Below, piece after piece: positions 42,390-56,859 of a DNA stretch of 64,000 nt. Made by a program: the position numbers and the translations under genes. The DNA is taken from positions 238,700,001 to 238,764,000 of the forward strand of contig OZ024743.1 in assembly GCA_964016885.1 (NCBI GenBank), in the 5' to 3' direction. How positions within the stretch are numbered: the stretch's first letter is position 1; each line of letters starts with the position of its first letter. A model generated the notes under the pieces. It worked only from the letters and a program-made list of their open reading frames with translations, was not told the DNA's origin and did no database searches. This DNA is from Eledone cirrhosa. Its lineage: Eukaryota.

Positions 42390-43245
42390 ATTTGTAATTT
42401 AATCACAAGGCCTGCAATTTGTAGAGGAAGGGAACGTTGATCCCAATATTTGGTCAATTATGTTGATCCCAATATTTTACTGGCATATTATTTTATCGAC
42501 TCCGGCTCAATGGAAGACAAAAATGACTTCGGCGGGATTTGAACATAGAACGTAGAAATTCGTAACCAAATACTGCAAATCTTTTTGTCCGACACGTTAC
42601 TGATAATGCCATTTTACTTTACTACTGTAGTAATGATTTCTAGTATAGGCACAAAGCCAATGACTTTTGGGGAGGGAAAAGTCGATTAAATAGGCCCAGT
42701 AGGTTAATGGTACTTTATTTTATCGACCCAGTAAAGATGAAAGCAAAGTTAACCCCGGCGGGATTTGAACTCAGATCATAAAGGGCCGTAACTCTATGCT
42801 GCAAAGCATGACGTCCCACGCTCTACCGATTCTGCCAATCCCCCACCCTAACTACTATAATAACAATAGGTTTTGATTTAGGCACAAGGCCAACAATTTT
42901 GAGGGAAAGAGTAAGTCGATCCAATCGACCCCAGTGTGTTACTGGTACTTTATTTTATCGACCCTGAAAGAATGAAAGGCAAAGATTACCTCGGTGGGAT
43001 TTGAGTGCAGAATGTAAGGAGTCGTAACTCTACGCCACTTTGTCGTTGTCCGACGCTCTACCGATTCTTCCAATCTACCACCCTAACTACTCTAATAATA
43101 ATAATTGTTTCTACTTTTGGCCCAAGGCCAGCAATTGCCCAGTACATTACTGGTACTTTATATCAACCCCAGTATTTCAGTGGCACTTTACTCAATCCCG
43201 GATGGATGAAAAACAAAGTGGGTTTTGGTAGGATTTGAGCTCAGT
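42390..43245 (-). mobile_element. Cluster of four head-to-tail SINE copies
   Basis: Copies at about 42390-42610, 42632-42848, 42868-43083 and 43103-43245, separated by (TAA/TAC)n linkers. Confidence 0.85.
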
Positions 43246-44392
43246 AATGGTGATATTAATAAAGTTAATAAAAGGAAAACTACTACAGGAAAACAACCAA
43301 ACACTTTCATCACTACTACTACCAATACTACCACCACTACCACCAGCAACTCACATTGTTGTCTTCTTCTCGTTGAATCTGTCCTATTTAGCATTTGTAA
43401 TTGTATAATTCTAAATATATATAGGTAGTTGTGATGCGATAAAAGCTTTAAATACATACAATGAGACACATGTATGTTTATTATACATATATGCTTTCAT
43501 ATACGCCTCTAAAATTTCTCCCCACCTCTCTCTCTCTCTCATTATATATATATACGTACATATATATATAAGAAAATTAACAAAGAGAGGACAAGACAAC
43601 GAACGGAAACAAAACGAAAAACATTTTTTTTAGCGGAAACTTTGAAAGATTATTTTTTAAAACTAAAAATACAAACGAAGGACACAGAACTGCATGGGCG
43701 TCGGTCGTTAAGATGGACTTTGGCGGTTTCGACCCCCTACCAACAGTTCTGCTTGTTCACCCTGGGTCACAGCTTCTGACATGAGTCAAACACTGTTTAG
43801 TAGAGTAAGAAACGAGAGACAAAACATTAATTTATAGCAATTGAGCTACAAATACACATAGAATTTTGTGTGACATCTGGGAAAAAGTGTGATGGCTCTT
43901 ATAGCACGAGATATATGAATGAAACGAATAAGAAAGGATGATGTCGTGTTAAAAAATGTAAGCCATTGCAACAAATGAGGAGAGAAGATATAGACATGTT
44001 CGTCACGTTAGTATTGATAAACTTAAGAACATTAACAGAGAGGACAAGACAATGTACGGAAACAAAACAAAAAGAAAAACAATTTTTTAAACCTTAAAAA
44101 ATTATTTTAAAAAAACAACACATACAAACGCCCAACATATGCATGTATTTATACATGTGTCTGCCTGTGTATGCGTGTGATGGGCGATACGGAGTTCGAT
44201 ACTTTGTAGCGGTCGCTGCCAATATTTTTCCCTCTCCAAGAGTCTTTACCCGGTTTTTATAAGCTGTTTTATAGCAGCTGACTGTAATTGCAGATAATTT
44301 CTGATTCTGAACTCCATACACCTTCTTATGAATTTATTTCCTTTGCTCTTATTAAGTTAGACAATTCGAGCTTCACATACAGTGTTTGTAGA

Positions 44393-44454
<62 letters not shown>

Positions 44455-45571
44455 AGAGAGAGAGAGTGTGTATATGTGCGCCAGGTTAAGATCTAGTGAC
44501 CTTAAAGGAGGAAGGATTAAATGTATAATAGATATATACACACAAATATATCTATATATATTATATATATATACACACGTCCGTGTATGTGTTTGTGTAA
44601 TAAGTATTATTCAAGTGTTTGTTATATCTCTTGTAAACAATAAACCAGACTGTTGTATTTAAATTCACATTTTTTTTTCTCGGTGAAATATTATTCAATA
44701 TCCGCCGTCTTAGTTGATTGTTGTTGAATCAGAATTGATTAAGTCAGGTGAAAGTAAGTTGTGAAACTTAATGAGGCGGACACATCGCCAGCCCACATTA
44801 CCTCAGCACCTTTAGTAACAACAACAATAACAAAAACAACAACATACAATAACAACAACATATGCAACAACATATATAACAACAAGAAAAATTCATACAA
44901 CAACACATATAACAACAATAACAACAACCTCAGTAAACCTCACCCTCTTTCCATTTGTATCTTTCGTCTTTCTTTCAGGTGAATTAACAACAAAATCAAC
45001 AACTACATACAACAACAACAACTACAACAAAATCAACAACTACATACAACAACAACAACTGCAACAAAAACAACAACACATACAACAAAAACAACCACAA
45101 GTAGAATAAAAACAAAGAAAAACTACTTGCAACAACACAAACAGCGACAGATATAATTACAACAAAAACATCAACAATAACAACAACAACGACAATAACA
45201 GCAACAATAATAACTACAACAACAACAACAGCAATATTGCCAACGGTGGTTATAGTATCGATCGCCATTGAAATAAATAATCCTGAAATAATCGGTGACA
45301 ATAAAAGTTGTTCACAATAATATGACAACAATAACAATAACATCAACACTAACAATAAACAATAGCAACGTGTTAAAATAGGCCTACACCTATCACATAC
45401 ACCACCACTATCATCGTAACTATCAACATTAATACCATCACCACTACAAGCCCCGCTACTACCCCACCAATACCATCACTAGCACCACCTCTACTAGCAC
45501 CACTTCTACAATCACCACTAACATTAACAATACGACGGTGACAATGGATCGCCACTACCACCACCAATAAT

Positions 45572-45785
45572 AGTTTCTGATTTAGGCACAAGGCCAGCAA
45601 TTTTGGAGGAGGGTAAAGTCGATTAAAACAATCAGTGTATGACTGGTACTTTATTTTATCGACCCCATAAGGATGAAAGGCAAAGCTAGCCTAGGTGGGA
45701 TTCGAACTTAAAAGTAACGGGACGTAACTCTATGCCGCAAAACAGGGTGTCCGACGCTCTACCGATCTTGCCAATCCACCACCCT
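45572..45785 (-). mobile_element. SINE (long subtype)
   Basis: Reverse complement of the SINE consensus. Confidence 0.8.
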
Positions 45786-45859
45786 CATCACCACTAATAA
45801 TTGTTTTACTTTTAGCAAAAGGCCAGCAATACAAAACGACACTACCAGTATCTACTCCC

Positions 45860-46050
45860 CGATACAAAGTATCGGTCGCTCTCCGACAGGTTTGCGGTTG
45901 TGCCCCTAGCTGTGGAGTCTTCTGGTGTCCTTTGCCCTAGGGCTACCTCCCTACTTACCACTCTACCGCTGAGCTGACTAGCCGCAGGTGTGAGCTTCGC
46001 GAGATGGATGGAGGCGAGACAGTGGGAGTTCGGCTCTTCCCTTTTCGGAC
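45860..46050 (+). mobile_element. Possible CRE/RLE-type LINE 3' fragment
   Basis: KYRSLSDRFAVVPLAVESSGVLCPRATSLL resembles the RLE C-terminal KY..L...F.P.A.E..G motif. Confidence 0.45.
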
Positions 46051-46099
46051 ACATTTATCAATTCTATGCTGCTATATATATATATATATATATATATAT

Positions 46100-46219
46100 G
46101 GAAAATGTTTGACCCCAACGGCAGAGCTCAAGCCGTTTCGACGGATATTTCTGGACTGAAATGTCCAGAAATAGTCGTCGAAACGGCTTAAACTCTGCCG
46201 TCGGGGTCAAACATTTTCC
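46100..46219. repeat. 120-bp imperfect palindrome centred in a hammerhead stem II
   Basis: Arms 46100-46156 and 46163-46219 with loop TGAAAT. Confidence 0.9.
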
Positions 46220-46366
46220 TATTACCCACTCTACTACCCTAAGTATTGACTACTATGGTGTGTTATTGTCCATCTGGTTCCTTGCCACACCTCCTTCGTT
46301 ATATATATATATTGAAATGATCATAGTATAATAATCCTTTCAAGGATTTACACAAGTCCAGCCCCT

Positions 46367-46416
<50 letters not shown>

Positions 46417-47887
46417 ATATATATATATATATAGAGAGAGAGATATTGAACATACAGAATCCGAGACGAATTCTTATACTAAGCCTATTTGACGACCTTT
46501 CGATTACAGAGTCAGCTTTGATCTATAATAGGTCTTACCTCGATAGTGAAACATATGTATTATGTTATTAAATATGTTATAATGCAACACTGAATCCTTG
46601 TTCCTTATCCTTATAGTATATCTATATATAGTGCTCAGATTCTATCACTGATCAACACCACCACATTCACACTACCATCGTCACTCTAAAACCAACAACG
46701 TATTCTGCCCCCTTCAAGAACTATAATAACAACCACAGCAACAATAACAACAACAACGTCAGCAACATAAATAGCAATACCAATAACACTAGCAACAAGA
46801 GTAACAGCAACAACAACCACATCAGCATCAACAGCTATAGCAATAACAACTTCCACAACAAAAACAACAGTAACAATACCACGACGACGACCAGCACCAC
46901 CACCTCCACCATCATCACCAACACCATCACCACCACCACCACCATCTCCACCACCACCATCACCACCATCACCATCACCACCACCACCCCCATCTCCATC
47001 ACCACCATCACCACCACCACCATCACCACCATCACCACCACTATCACCACCATTACCACCATCACCACGACCACCATCACCACCGCCACCATCACCACGG
47101 CCACCATCACCTCCACCATCACCACCACCACCATCACCCCCCATCCCCCCCATCATCACCACCACCACCACAACAGCAACAACATCTCCAAGACTACCAC
47201 TGACACCACCACCTCTGCACAAACGTTGTCACCACCACCACCACCTTCTCCATAATACAACAATAGACAGCTACTAGAATAAACATCTCTGTCTCCCCCA
47301 CCTCCTCTTGGAAAATATCAGTTTACAATAACAAATATATGACAATAACAACAATAAAAACCACAGTAACTCTTAAGAATATCGACAATAGCAATAACAG
47401 CCATAACAATAGCAACAACAGCCATATGAAAACAATAGCAACAACAGCAACAAACAAAAACAATAGCTCCAACAACAAACATAAAAAACACAATAGCAAC
47501 AACAAAAGACAAAAAAAACAAACAAAAACAATAGCAACAACAATAGTAACAACAGAAACAAGAAACAACAACAACAAATCAAGACGTATTAACAACAAAC
47601 AATAACAACAACAACAAAAGAGTGAAACATCATTCGCGGGAATAATCAGTTTGCGACAGCATTCACGAGTTTGAAGAATGCCAATTATTGGAGAGAGAGA
47701 GAGAAAGGGAGGGAGATGAGAGTTAGAGAGAGAGGGAGGGAGAGGAGTGTTAGAGAGAGGGAGAGGGAGGGAGGGAGATGAAAGTTAGAGAGAGGGGGAG
47801 TGAGCAATGTTTGTAGTGGTGGTGGTGAAAAGAAGCTTTCCTTTAATTTTTGTTGTTTGTTTTGTTACTTTGCTCTTTTTTTCGCAG

Positions 47888-47938
47888 GAAGTCGAAAATT
47901 ATATAAACGCTGTCAAGCGACTGAGGTGTCGCTGCTAA
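47888..47938 (+). CDS. Possible terminal coding exon of an unidentified host gene (EVENYINAVKRLRCRC*)
   Basis: Long polypyrimidine tract plus CGCAG acceptor at 47887, followed by non-repetitive sequence. No homology recognised; phase unknown. Confidence 0.25.
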   Translation, partial: EVENYINAVKRLRCRC

Positions 47939-48139
47939 AGTTACAATTATAAGGAGCTTTCCGACACTAACGGACGGAAATTCACAGTGAAAAATACAAA
48001 ACAAACAAACAAAAACAAACTAACAACAAAAACTGCAAAAACAAAACAAAACAAGCCCAAACAAAAAGAAGTGACAGAATGTGTGTAGATCAATTAAGAA
48101 AGACTGAGAAGTCGCCATTACATCGCCTAGAACCTTCGT

Positions 48140-49700
48140 TCGTTCATTGGTTGGCGTTCGATGGCTGGTGACTGGGTTAGTTGGCTGGCTACTTGGTGGG
48201 TCGGTGGTTTGATGGGTTGGCTGGTTGGGTGATTGGTTGGACGGTTGGTGGGTGGACTCGTTTGTTAGATGATTGGTGGGTTGGTTGGTTGCTTGGTGGT
48301 TTGGTGGATTGGCTGGATTGGGGGGATTGCTAGTTGGATGATTGGTTGGATGATTGGTGGGTTGGTGGCTGGGATAGTTGGTTGATTGGTTGGATAGTTG
48401 GTGGGAGGACCGGTTTGTTGGATGATTGGTGGGTTGGTGCCTGGATTAGTTGGTTGGTTGCTTGGTGGGTCAGTAGATTGGCGGGTTGGCTGTTTGGTTG
48501 GCTGGTTGGTTGTTAGATGGGTTGGTAAATTGATGGGTTGGCTGGTTGGGTGATTGGGTGGATGGCAAGTTGGTGGGTCGATGGTTTGATAGGTTGGCTG
48601 GTTGGGTGATTGGCTGTATGGTTGATTGTTGGGTCGGTGGGTTGGTGGATTGGTGGGTTGGTGCCTAGATTAGTTGGTTGATTGCCTGGTGGGTCGATGG
48701 ATTGGTGGGTTGACTGGTTGGGTGATTGGCTGGATGGATAGTTAGTGGGTTGGTTTGTTGGATGATTGATAGATCGGTGGTTGGCTGGATGATTGGTTGG
48801 ATGGCTGGTTGGTGATTTTGGGTTGTTTGGCGGGTTAGCGGGTTGCCTGTTGGATTGGTTTATTACTTGGTTAGCTGTTTGGTCAAATGTTGGCTGGCTG
48901 GTTGGCTTTTTGGGTGGCTGGCTGGTTGACTGGCTGGCTGGATGGTTGGCTGGTTGGCTTGCTGGTTGGTTGGCTGGCTGGTTCGTTGGATGGTTGGCTG
49001 GCTGGTTGGCTTGTTGGGTGTCTGGCCGGTTGACTGGCTGGCTGGTTGGCTGGGATTTTGGCTACCTGGTTCACTGGTTGGTTGGCTGGCAAGTTCACTG
49101 GCCAGTTAGCTGGCTGGGATTTGGTTGACTGATTGGCTGGCTGGTTGGTTGGCTGGTTGGTTGGCTGGTTGGGTATCTGGTTGGCTGACTGTTTGTATGG
49201 CTGGCTGGTTGGCTGGCTGGTTAGCTGGTTGGATTGCTTGCTGGTTGGCTGGCTGGTTAGTTAACTGACTGGTTGTCTGGCTGGTTGACTGGCTGGATTG
49301 CTGACTGGTTGGCTGGCTGGATGGTGGACTGGCTGTTTGACTGGCTCGTTGGCTGGCTCGTTGATTGGCTGGTTGGCTGTTTGACTGGGTCGTTGTTTGG
49401 CTGGTTGGCTGGTTGATTAGTTGGCTCTTTGGTTGGCTGGTTGGCTAGTTGGCTGGTTGGCTGGCTCATTGGCTGGTTGGTTCGTTGGCTGGTTGGCTAG
49501 TTGGTTGGTTTGGTGGTTGGTTTGCTGGTTGATTGGTCGGATGGTCGGATGGTGGGATGATATGAGGGAATATGAAGTGAGGAAGGAGAAGTTCATTGGG
49601 TTAATAGTCGTTTGGTGGTTGGTTGAGTAGTGTTTGTGTTGGATGATTGGTTATGTGTTGGTTGTGTGGTGGCTGAGTGGTTATGTGTTGGTTGTGTGGC
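48140..49700. repeat. (GGTT/GGCT)n degenerate tetranucleotide satellite
   Basis: Direct reading; source of the WLVG/WLAG ORFs. Confidence 0.95.
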
Positions 49701-49779
49701 GGCCTGTTAATGGTGACTAATAGATGATTGAATAGTAGTTAAATGGTGGTTAAGAGATGGTTGAATGATGGTTGAGTAA

Positions 49780-50480
49780 TTATTGAGAGATAACTGAGTG
49801 GGGATTGAGAGATGACTGAGTGGGGATTGAGAGATGACTGAGTGGGGATTGAGAGATGACAGAGTGGGGATTGAGAGATGACAGAGTGGGGATTGAGAGA
49901 TGACTGAGTGGGGATTGAGGGATGACTGAGTGGGGATTGAGGGATGACTGAATGGGGATTGAGGGATGACTGAGTAGTGATTGAGAGAATACTCAGTGGT
50001 GATTGAGAGATAACTGAGTGGGGATTGATAGATGACTGAGTGGGGATTGAGAGATGACTGAGTGGGGATTGAGGGATGACTGAGTGGGGATTGAGAGATG
50101 ACTGAGTGGGGATTGAGGGATGACTGAGTGGGGATTGAGGGATGACTGAGTGGGGATTGAGAGATGACTGAGTGGGGATTGAGAGATGACTGAGTGGGGA
50201 TTGAGGGATGACTGAGTGGGGATTGAGAGATGACTGAGTGAGGATTGAGAGATGACTGAGTGGGGATTGTGACATGACTGAGTGGGGATTGAGGGATGAC
50301 TCAGTGGGGATTGAGAGATGACTCAGTGGTGATTGAGAGATGACTCAGTGGGGATTGAGAGATGATTGAGTGGGGATTGTGAGATGACTCAGTGGTGATT
50401 GAGAGATGACTCAGTGGGGATTGAGAGATGATTGAGTGGGGATTGTGAGATGACTCAGTGGGGATTGAGAGATGATTTAG
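49780..50480. repeat. 22-bp minisatellite (GAGATGACTGAGTGGGGATTGA), roughly 30 copies
   Basis: Direct reading; contiguous units with no unique spacers. Confidence 0.95.
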
Positions 50481-51850
50481 GGGTGGCTAGGACGTCACAT
50501 AAAATACATAGCACTATATATAAACAGTACTTTACCTTCTGATTTCTAAGCTCACGGAGACCAGAAGATGTCTAGCTAAGAAATGATCAATATTATCTAT
50601 TCACAGAATCGTTAGAGCATGGGACAAAATATGTGTGTTAATACCTGCATAGTTATTTTTATTTCTTTGTCATGCCTTTAGAGGATGAATTACCAGAGTC
50701 ACTAAGGTGTCGGATTAAATGTTTCGCTCTTGAGTTCACTAGGGTCTTCAGTTGAAATCCTACATAGGTTGACTTTCCATTACATCCTTCCGTGGTTGAT
50801 AAATAAAGCACTAGTCCAGTATTGGGGTAAATTCTTCTGCATAATTCTATCACTCCTTTTCTGGAAGAAATTGGCTGTGTTCAGATCTAGAGAGGAATGT
50901 ATTCCACGGGGTTTAAATGATCAACACTTACCAAGTGCAGGCCGGTGCCCCTACGACTCCATCGGTCGTTAAAGGTTCTTTCATTTTCAAACTTCAATAC
51001 AAATCAAACACTGACGGAGTTTATTTTTGATTTACTTACAAAACGCTGGGAAAGTTGAAATTTGAAAATATACTCTCCATAATGCAGATAATTATAATAA
51101 TACTCGAGAGCTGTAGATAACTGCTGAATCAATGGGGTAAAGTACTACTGGAGACGGAACAAATTGGACAGGGACACCTCCCATGGCATCGATCCAAGTA
51201 GCTTTCGAATGCCAGGAAAATGTGTTTAACCATTACGCCACAATGTAATGCTTAAACAGATATGCAGAGTTCGATTCACCACAGGTCCCTCTATCCACAT
51301 ATGTTTTCCGTTTCCAGGATTTCTTTACACAAATTTTTCAACTATTTTCTTTAGTTAACTATTACAATAATTATCTTCATTGCGGCGACTATATTTTCAA
51401 ATATCAATATATTCAATTTTGACTCTTAACTCCTAAAGGAATCGTAGGGAGGCCATCGTGTCTTACCGTGTTTCCTGGGCATGTAAAACCTGGTGGAGCC
51501 CATCAGTTCTTTCAGATTTCTTTCAGTGAAGAGAGAAAGTAAGATATAGAGAGAAATTTGGAGAAAGACTCGACTCCAATACTGGACTGGTACTTTTTTT
51601 ATCAGCATAGAAAGGCAAAGTTGCCCTGGAAAGGGTTTGAACGCAGAGACCGCAAAGATCCATAACAAATACCGCAAAGCATTCTATCTGACGTTCTGAC
51701 GACTCTACCAACTTGCTGTCGATATTAATATATTATGCTTTATTTAATTTTCGGCCATTGTCAAGAGCTTATTCTCAAAGACATTATCTTTCATTAGGCT
51801 TTCTCCTCATCTTCCTGTCTTGTATTACATCTCCACTTATACAACCACAG

Positions 51851-51907
<57 letters not shown>

Positions 51908-52219
51908 CCAGCATTATCATCATTACTGTCGTCATCATAAAAGATATGTCTTCGTCATCAATTCAATGAGATTCTGCTGTATGGATATCCTTTATTTGAG
52001 GGGTGGTGAGTGGGAATATTAGTGGGAGCGGTGTAGGGTAAACAACAAAACAACAATTACAAAAGTAGATACTGTTTACACCACAATTATATTGAAAACT
52101 GGTAAATATATAATCAAGTAAAAAAGACGAGAAAACACAAAAAAATAGCAATAAAAGAAAAATTCTCCTGGATAAAGTTATGCAATCCTCCCCACTTCAG
52201 CTTATAGTGATAACAGACT

Positions 52220-53798
52220 AGTGGTGGTAATGATGATGATGGTAGTGATGATGATGGTGCAGATGGTGGTTATAGTGAAGATGGTGGTGATGGTGGTGGT
52301 TATAGTGATGATGATGCTGGTAGTGATGATTATGGTAGTTGAGATGCTGATGCGGATGGTGGTGATGTTGGTGGTTATAGATGATGATGATGATGGCGAT
52401 TATGGTGGTGGTGGTGATGATTGTGTTTATAGTGATGATGGTGGTGATGATGGTGGTTGTAGTGATTATGATGAGGATGGTGGCGATTATGGTGGTGGTA
52501 GTGGTGGTAATGGTGGTTATAGTGATGATGATGTTGATGGTGGTGGTAATGATTATAATGAGGGTGGCGATTATCGAGGTGGTGGAGATGGGGTAATGAA
52601 GCTGATAGTGATAATGGTGGTGATGGTAGTGGTGGGAGGAGGGTCATGGTGATCATGATGTTGGTGGTGATGATGATGATGGTGTTGGCGGTCATGGTAA
52701 TGAAGGTGGTGGTGTTGGCGCTTATTGTAATGATGGTGGTGGTGACAACAACGGTAATGATATTCATGGTGATGATGATGATAATGGTATCAACTATTCC
52801 GCAGCAGCTGGTGATATACATGATAATCACCACCAGCACCACCACCACCACCACAACCACCACCACCATGACCACCACCACTACCACCACTACCACCACC
52901 ACTACCACCACCAGCACCACCACAACCAGCACCAGCACCACCACCACTACCACGACCAGCACCACCACAACCACCACCACCACCACCACCACCACCACCA
53001 CCACTACCACCACCACCACCACCACCACCACCACAACCACCACTACCAACACCACCACCACCACCAACACCACCACCACCAGCACTACCACCAGCACTAC
53101 CACCACCACAACCACCACCACCACCACCATCACCACCACCAACACCACCACCATCACCACCACCACTACCACCACTACCACCACCACTACCACCACCACT
53201 ACCACCTACAGCACCACCACCACCACCACCACAACCACAACCACCACAATCACCAACACCACCACCACCAACATCACCACAACCACCACCACCACCACCA
53301 CCACTACCACTACCACCACCACCACCACCAACACCACCGCCACCATAACCCCCATCACCGCCACCAACACCACCACCACCACTACCACCATAACCACCAC
53401 CATAACCACCACCACCACCAACACCACCACAAACCACCACTACCACCACAAGCACCACCACCACTAGCACCACCACCACTAGCACCACCAGCACCACCAC
53501 CAGCACCCCCACCCCCACCACAACCACCACTACCACCACCACCACCACCACCAAAACCACCACTACCACCACCACCAACACCACCACCACCAGTACCACC
53601 ACAACCACCAGCACCACCACCACCAGCACCAGCACCACCGCCACCATAACCACCATCACCACCACCAGCACCACTACCACCACCACCACCACCACCACCA
53701 CCACAACAAACACCACCACCACCACCAGCACCACCACCACTACCATCACCAGCACCACCACCAGCACCACCACCACTACCGCCACCACCACCATCACA

Positions 53799-53829
<31 letters not shown>

Positions 53830-53840
53830 TCAGCAGCAGC
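52220..53840. repeat. (GGT/GAT)n tract followed by an (ACC)n tract, with strand polarity switching near 52810
   Basis: Direct reading. Confidence 0.9.
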
Positions 53841-54040
53841 NNNNNNNNNNNNNNNNNNNNNNNNNNNNNNNNNNNNNNNNNNNNNNNNNNNNNNNNNNNN
53901 NNNNNNNNNNNNNNNNNNNNNNNNNNNNNNNNNNNNNNNNNNNNNNNNNNNNNNNNNNNNNNNNNNNNNNNNNNNNNNNNNNNNNNNNNNNNNNNNNNNN
54001 NNNNNNNNNNNNNNNNNNNNNNNNNNNNNNNNNNNNNNNN
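53841..54040. other. Assembly gap (200 N)
   Basis: N run. Confidence 1.
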
Positions 54041-55188
54041 ATGTTTGTATGTATGTAGGTATGTATGTTTGTATGTATGTATCTATGTATGTATGTATGT
54101 ATGTGTGAATGTTTGTATGTATGTATGTATGTTCGTATGTATGTATGTATGTATGTATGTTTGTATGTATGTGTGAATGTTTGTATGTATGTATGTAGGT
54201 ATGTATGTTTGTATGTATGTATGTATGTATGTATGTATGTATGTATGTATGTATGTATGTGTGAATGTTTGTATGTATGTATGTTTGAATGTATGTGTGA
54301 ATGTTTGTATGTAGGTATGAATGTTTGTATGTATGTATGTTTGTATGTGTGTTTGTATGTATGTTTGTATGTATGTATGTATGTATGTGTGAATGTTTGT
54401 ATGTATGTATGTTTGTATGTGTGAATGTTTGTATGTATGTAGGTATGTATGTTTGTATGTATGTATCTATGTATGTATGTATGTATGTATGTGTGAATGT
54501 TTGTATGTATGTATGTATGTTCGTATGTATGTATGTATGTTTGTATGTATGTGTGAATGTTTGTATGTATGTATGTAGGTATGTATGTTTGTATGTATGT
54601 ATGTATGTATGTATGTATGTGTGAATGTTTGTATGTATGTATGTTTGTATGTATGTGTGAATGTTTGTATGTATGTATGTAGGTATGTATGTATGTTTGT
54701 ATGTATGTTTGTATGTATGTTTGTATGTATGTTTGTATGTATGTATGTATGTATGTGTGAATGTTTGTATGTATGTATGTATGTTTGTATGTATGTGTGA
54801 ATGTTTGTATGGATGTATGCAGGTATGTATGTTTGTATGTATGTATGTATGTATGTATGTGTGAATGTTTGTATGTATGTATATTTGTATGTATGTATGT
54901 TTGTATGTATGTGTGAATGTTTGTATGTATGTATGTAAGTATGTATGTTTGTATGTATGTATGTATGTATGTATGTGTGAATGTTTGTATGTATGTATGT
55001 TTGTATGTATGTGTGAATGTTTGTATGTATGTATGTAGGTATGTATGTTTGTATGTATGTATGTATGTATGTGTGAATGTATGTATGTATGTATGTATGT
55101 ATGTATGTATGTATGTATGTATGTATGTATGTATGTATGTATGAACGTTTGTATGTATGTAGGTATGTATGTATGTTTGTATGTATGT
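54041..55188. repeat. (ATGT)n compound satellite with gtgaatgttt variants
   Basis: Direct reading. Confidence 0.95.
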
Positions 55189-55416
55189 TCTTCTGGTTTT
55201 ATAATTTCACAAAGTTTTACCAATAGAGAGAGATTCGGTTTCTAACACAGACACAATACTCTCTCATTGGAATTTACACAACATCAACTAGGTAGATATG
55301 TATGTATGCATGCATGTGTAGATATGGATGTTATTGTATCTGTGGATGTGGATGTTTTGAGTTGTATGTGTGCATGTGTATATGCTTTGTATCTGTACAT
55401 GTGTATATGCCGTTAT

Positions 55417-55538
55417 TAGATCTGAGTTCAAATCCCGCCGAGGTTGACTTTGCCTTTCATCCTTGCGGGGTCGATAAAATAAAGTACCAGTAATGCACTG
55501 GATAATTGGTGGCCTTGTGCCTAAAGTAGAAACAGTTA
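55417..55538 (+). mobile_element. SINE, 5'-truncated
   Basis: gatctgagttcaaatcccgccgagg...cctaaagtagaaacagtt. Confidence 0.85.
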
Positions 55539-55859
55539 TTAGATGCAACATTTTTGGAATGTTTTACATATTTTTACTGTTCCATTAATGGATTGTACTT
55601 GTAGTTTCCTAACTAGTTGTGTTCTTTCTGTTCCTGTGAAGCCTAGCTTCTCAAGATTTGTATTGAGGCAGTTACTAACATATCCCAGTGACCCATGTAT
55701 GTATGTATGTATGTATGTATGTATGTATGTATGTATGTATGTATGTATGTATGTATGTTTGTATGTATGTGTGAATGTCTGTATGTATGTATGTTTGTAT
55801 GTATGTATGTTTGTATGTCAGGTCACCAGTTATATGTTTGTATGTATGTATGTTTGTAT

Positions 55860-56468
55860 GTCAGGTCACCAGTTGGTGCTACTGGTAACATGTATGCCAG
55901 TACAACCTGTCTCATGGTCGGGTCGTTGGCGACTAAACTGGCAACCCCACCAAGGTTTCTTGGTGAGAAGGGTGACTTTGGACATCCTGCAGGACTAAAA
56001 ACAAAACCTGTCAAAGGGCAAAGGAGCTCTTAAGAGTCAATGGCCATCCAAAATCACCGGGAGAGATGACCCTTAGCCTTTGTCAAGGCAGAATTCTAGG
56101 AGAAGGAAAACTCTTATATAACACCTGCAACTCTGATGGTATCCAATGATGTTGACTTGTTCTTCTTTTTGGTAAATATCATCTTGGTTAAGAGAGTGGG
56201 ACTGGCTTTGTGCAATGCCTTTGCTCACTATAAAAGCTTCACGGCACAGGCATTGCTTTATGTCTGGAGATCTCTCTGCACTTGTCGTCACGTGGTGCCA
56301 TGGGCCCAGCACTATGTGTCAATAATTGTCACAGGTGTAATGTTTGTACCAGAGTTTTCAAGTCGCTGGCTGGACTGAAAGGTCACACTCGTTCAGCGCA
56401 TCGGTGGGAGTTCTCCTACATGGATATAAAGTAGTGGCCATACTCGAAAACGATTTGGCAGCCACCAT
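55860..56468 (+). mobile_element. About 600-bp non-coding interspersed element in (ATGT)n
   Basis: Highly similar to 59094-59690; ends at ggcagccacc-atgt. Orientation inferred. Confidence 0.85.
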
Positions 56469-56859
56469 GTTTGTATGTATGTATGAATGTTTGTATGAAT
56501 GTTTGTATGTATGTGTGTATGTATGTGTGAATGTTTGTATGTATGTATGTATGTATGTATGTATGTTTGTATGTATGTCTGTTCGTATGCATGAATGTTT
56601 GTATGTATGAATTTATGTGTGTATGTCTGTATGTATGAATGTTTGTATGTATGTATGTATGTATGTATGGATGGATAGATAGATAGATGGATGATTGTGT
56701 GTATGTATGTATGTATGTATGTATGTATGTATGTATGTATGTATGTATGTATGAATGTTTGTATGTGTGTATGTTTGTATGCATGAATGTTTGTATGTAT
56801 GAATATATGTATGTATGCATGGATGGGTGGATGAATGTATGTATGTATGAATGTTTGTA

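Noticed and set aside
49739-50480. CRISPR array or repetitive protein
   Set aside because: Contiguous 22-bp units without spacers, eukaryotic context and no cas genes.
55872-55945. HDV-like ribozyme at the 5' end of the 600-bp element
   Set aside because: P2-like pairing and a CUAA are visible, but I could not build a convincing P1/P3/L3; left as a search to run.
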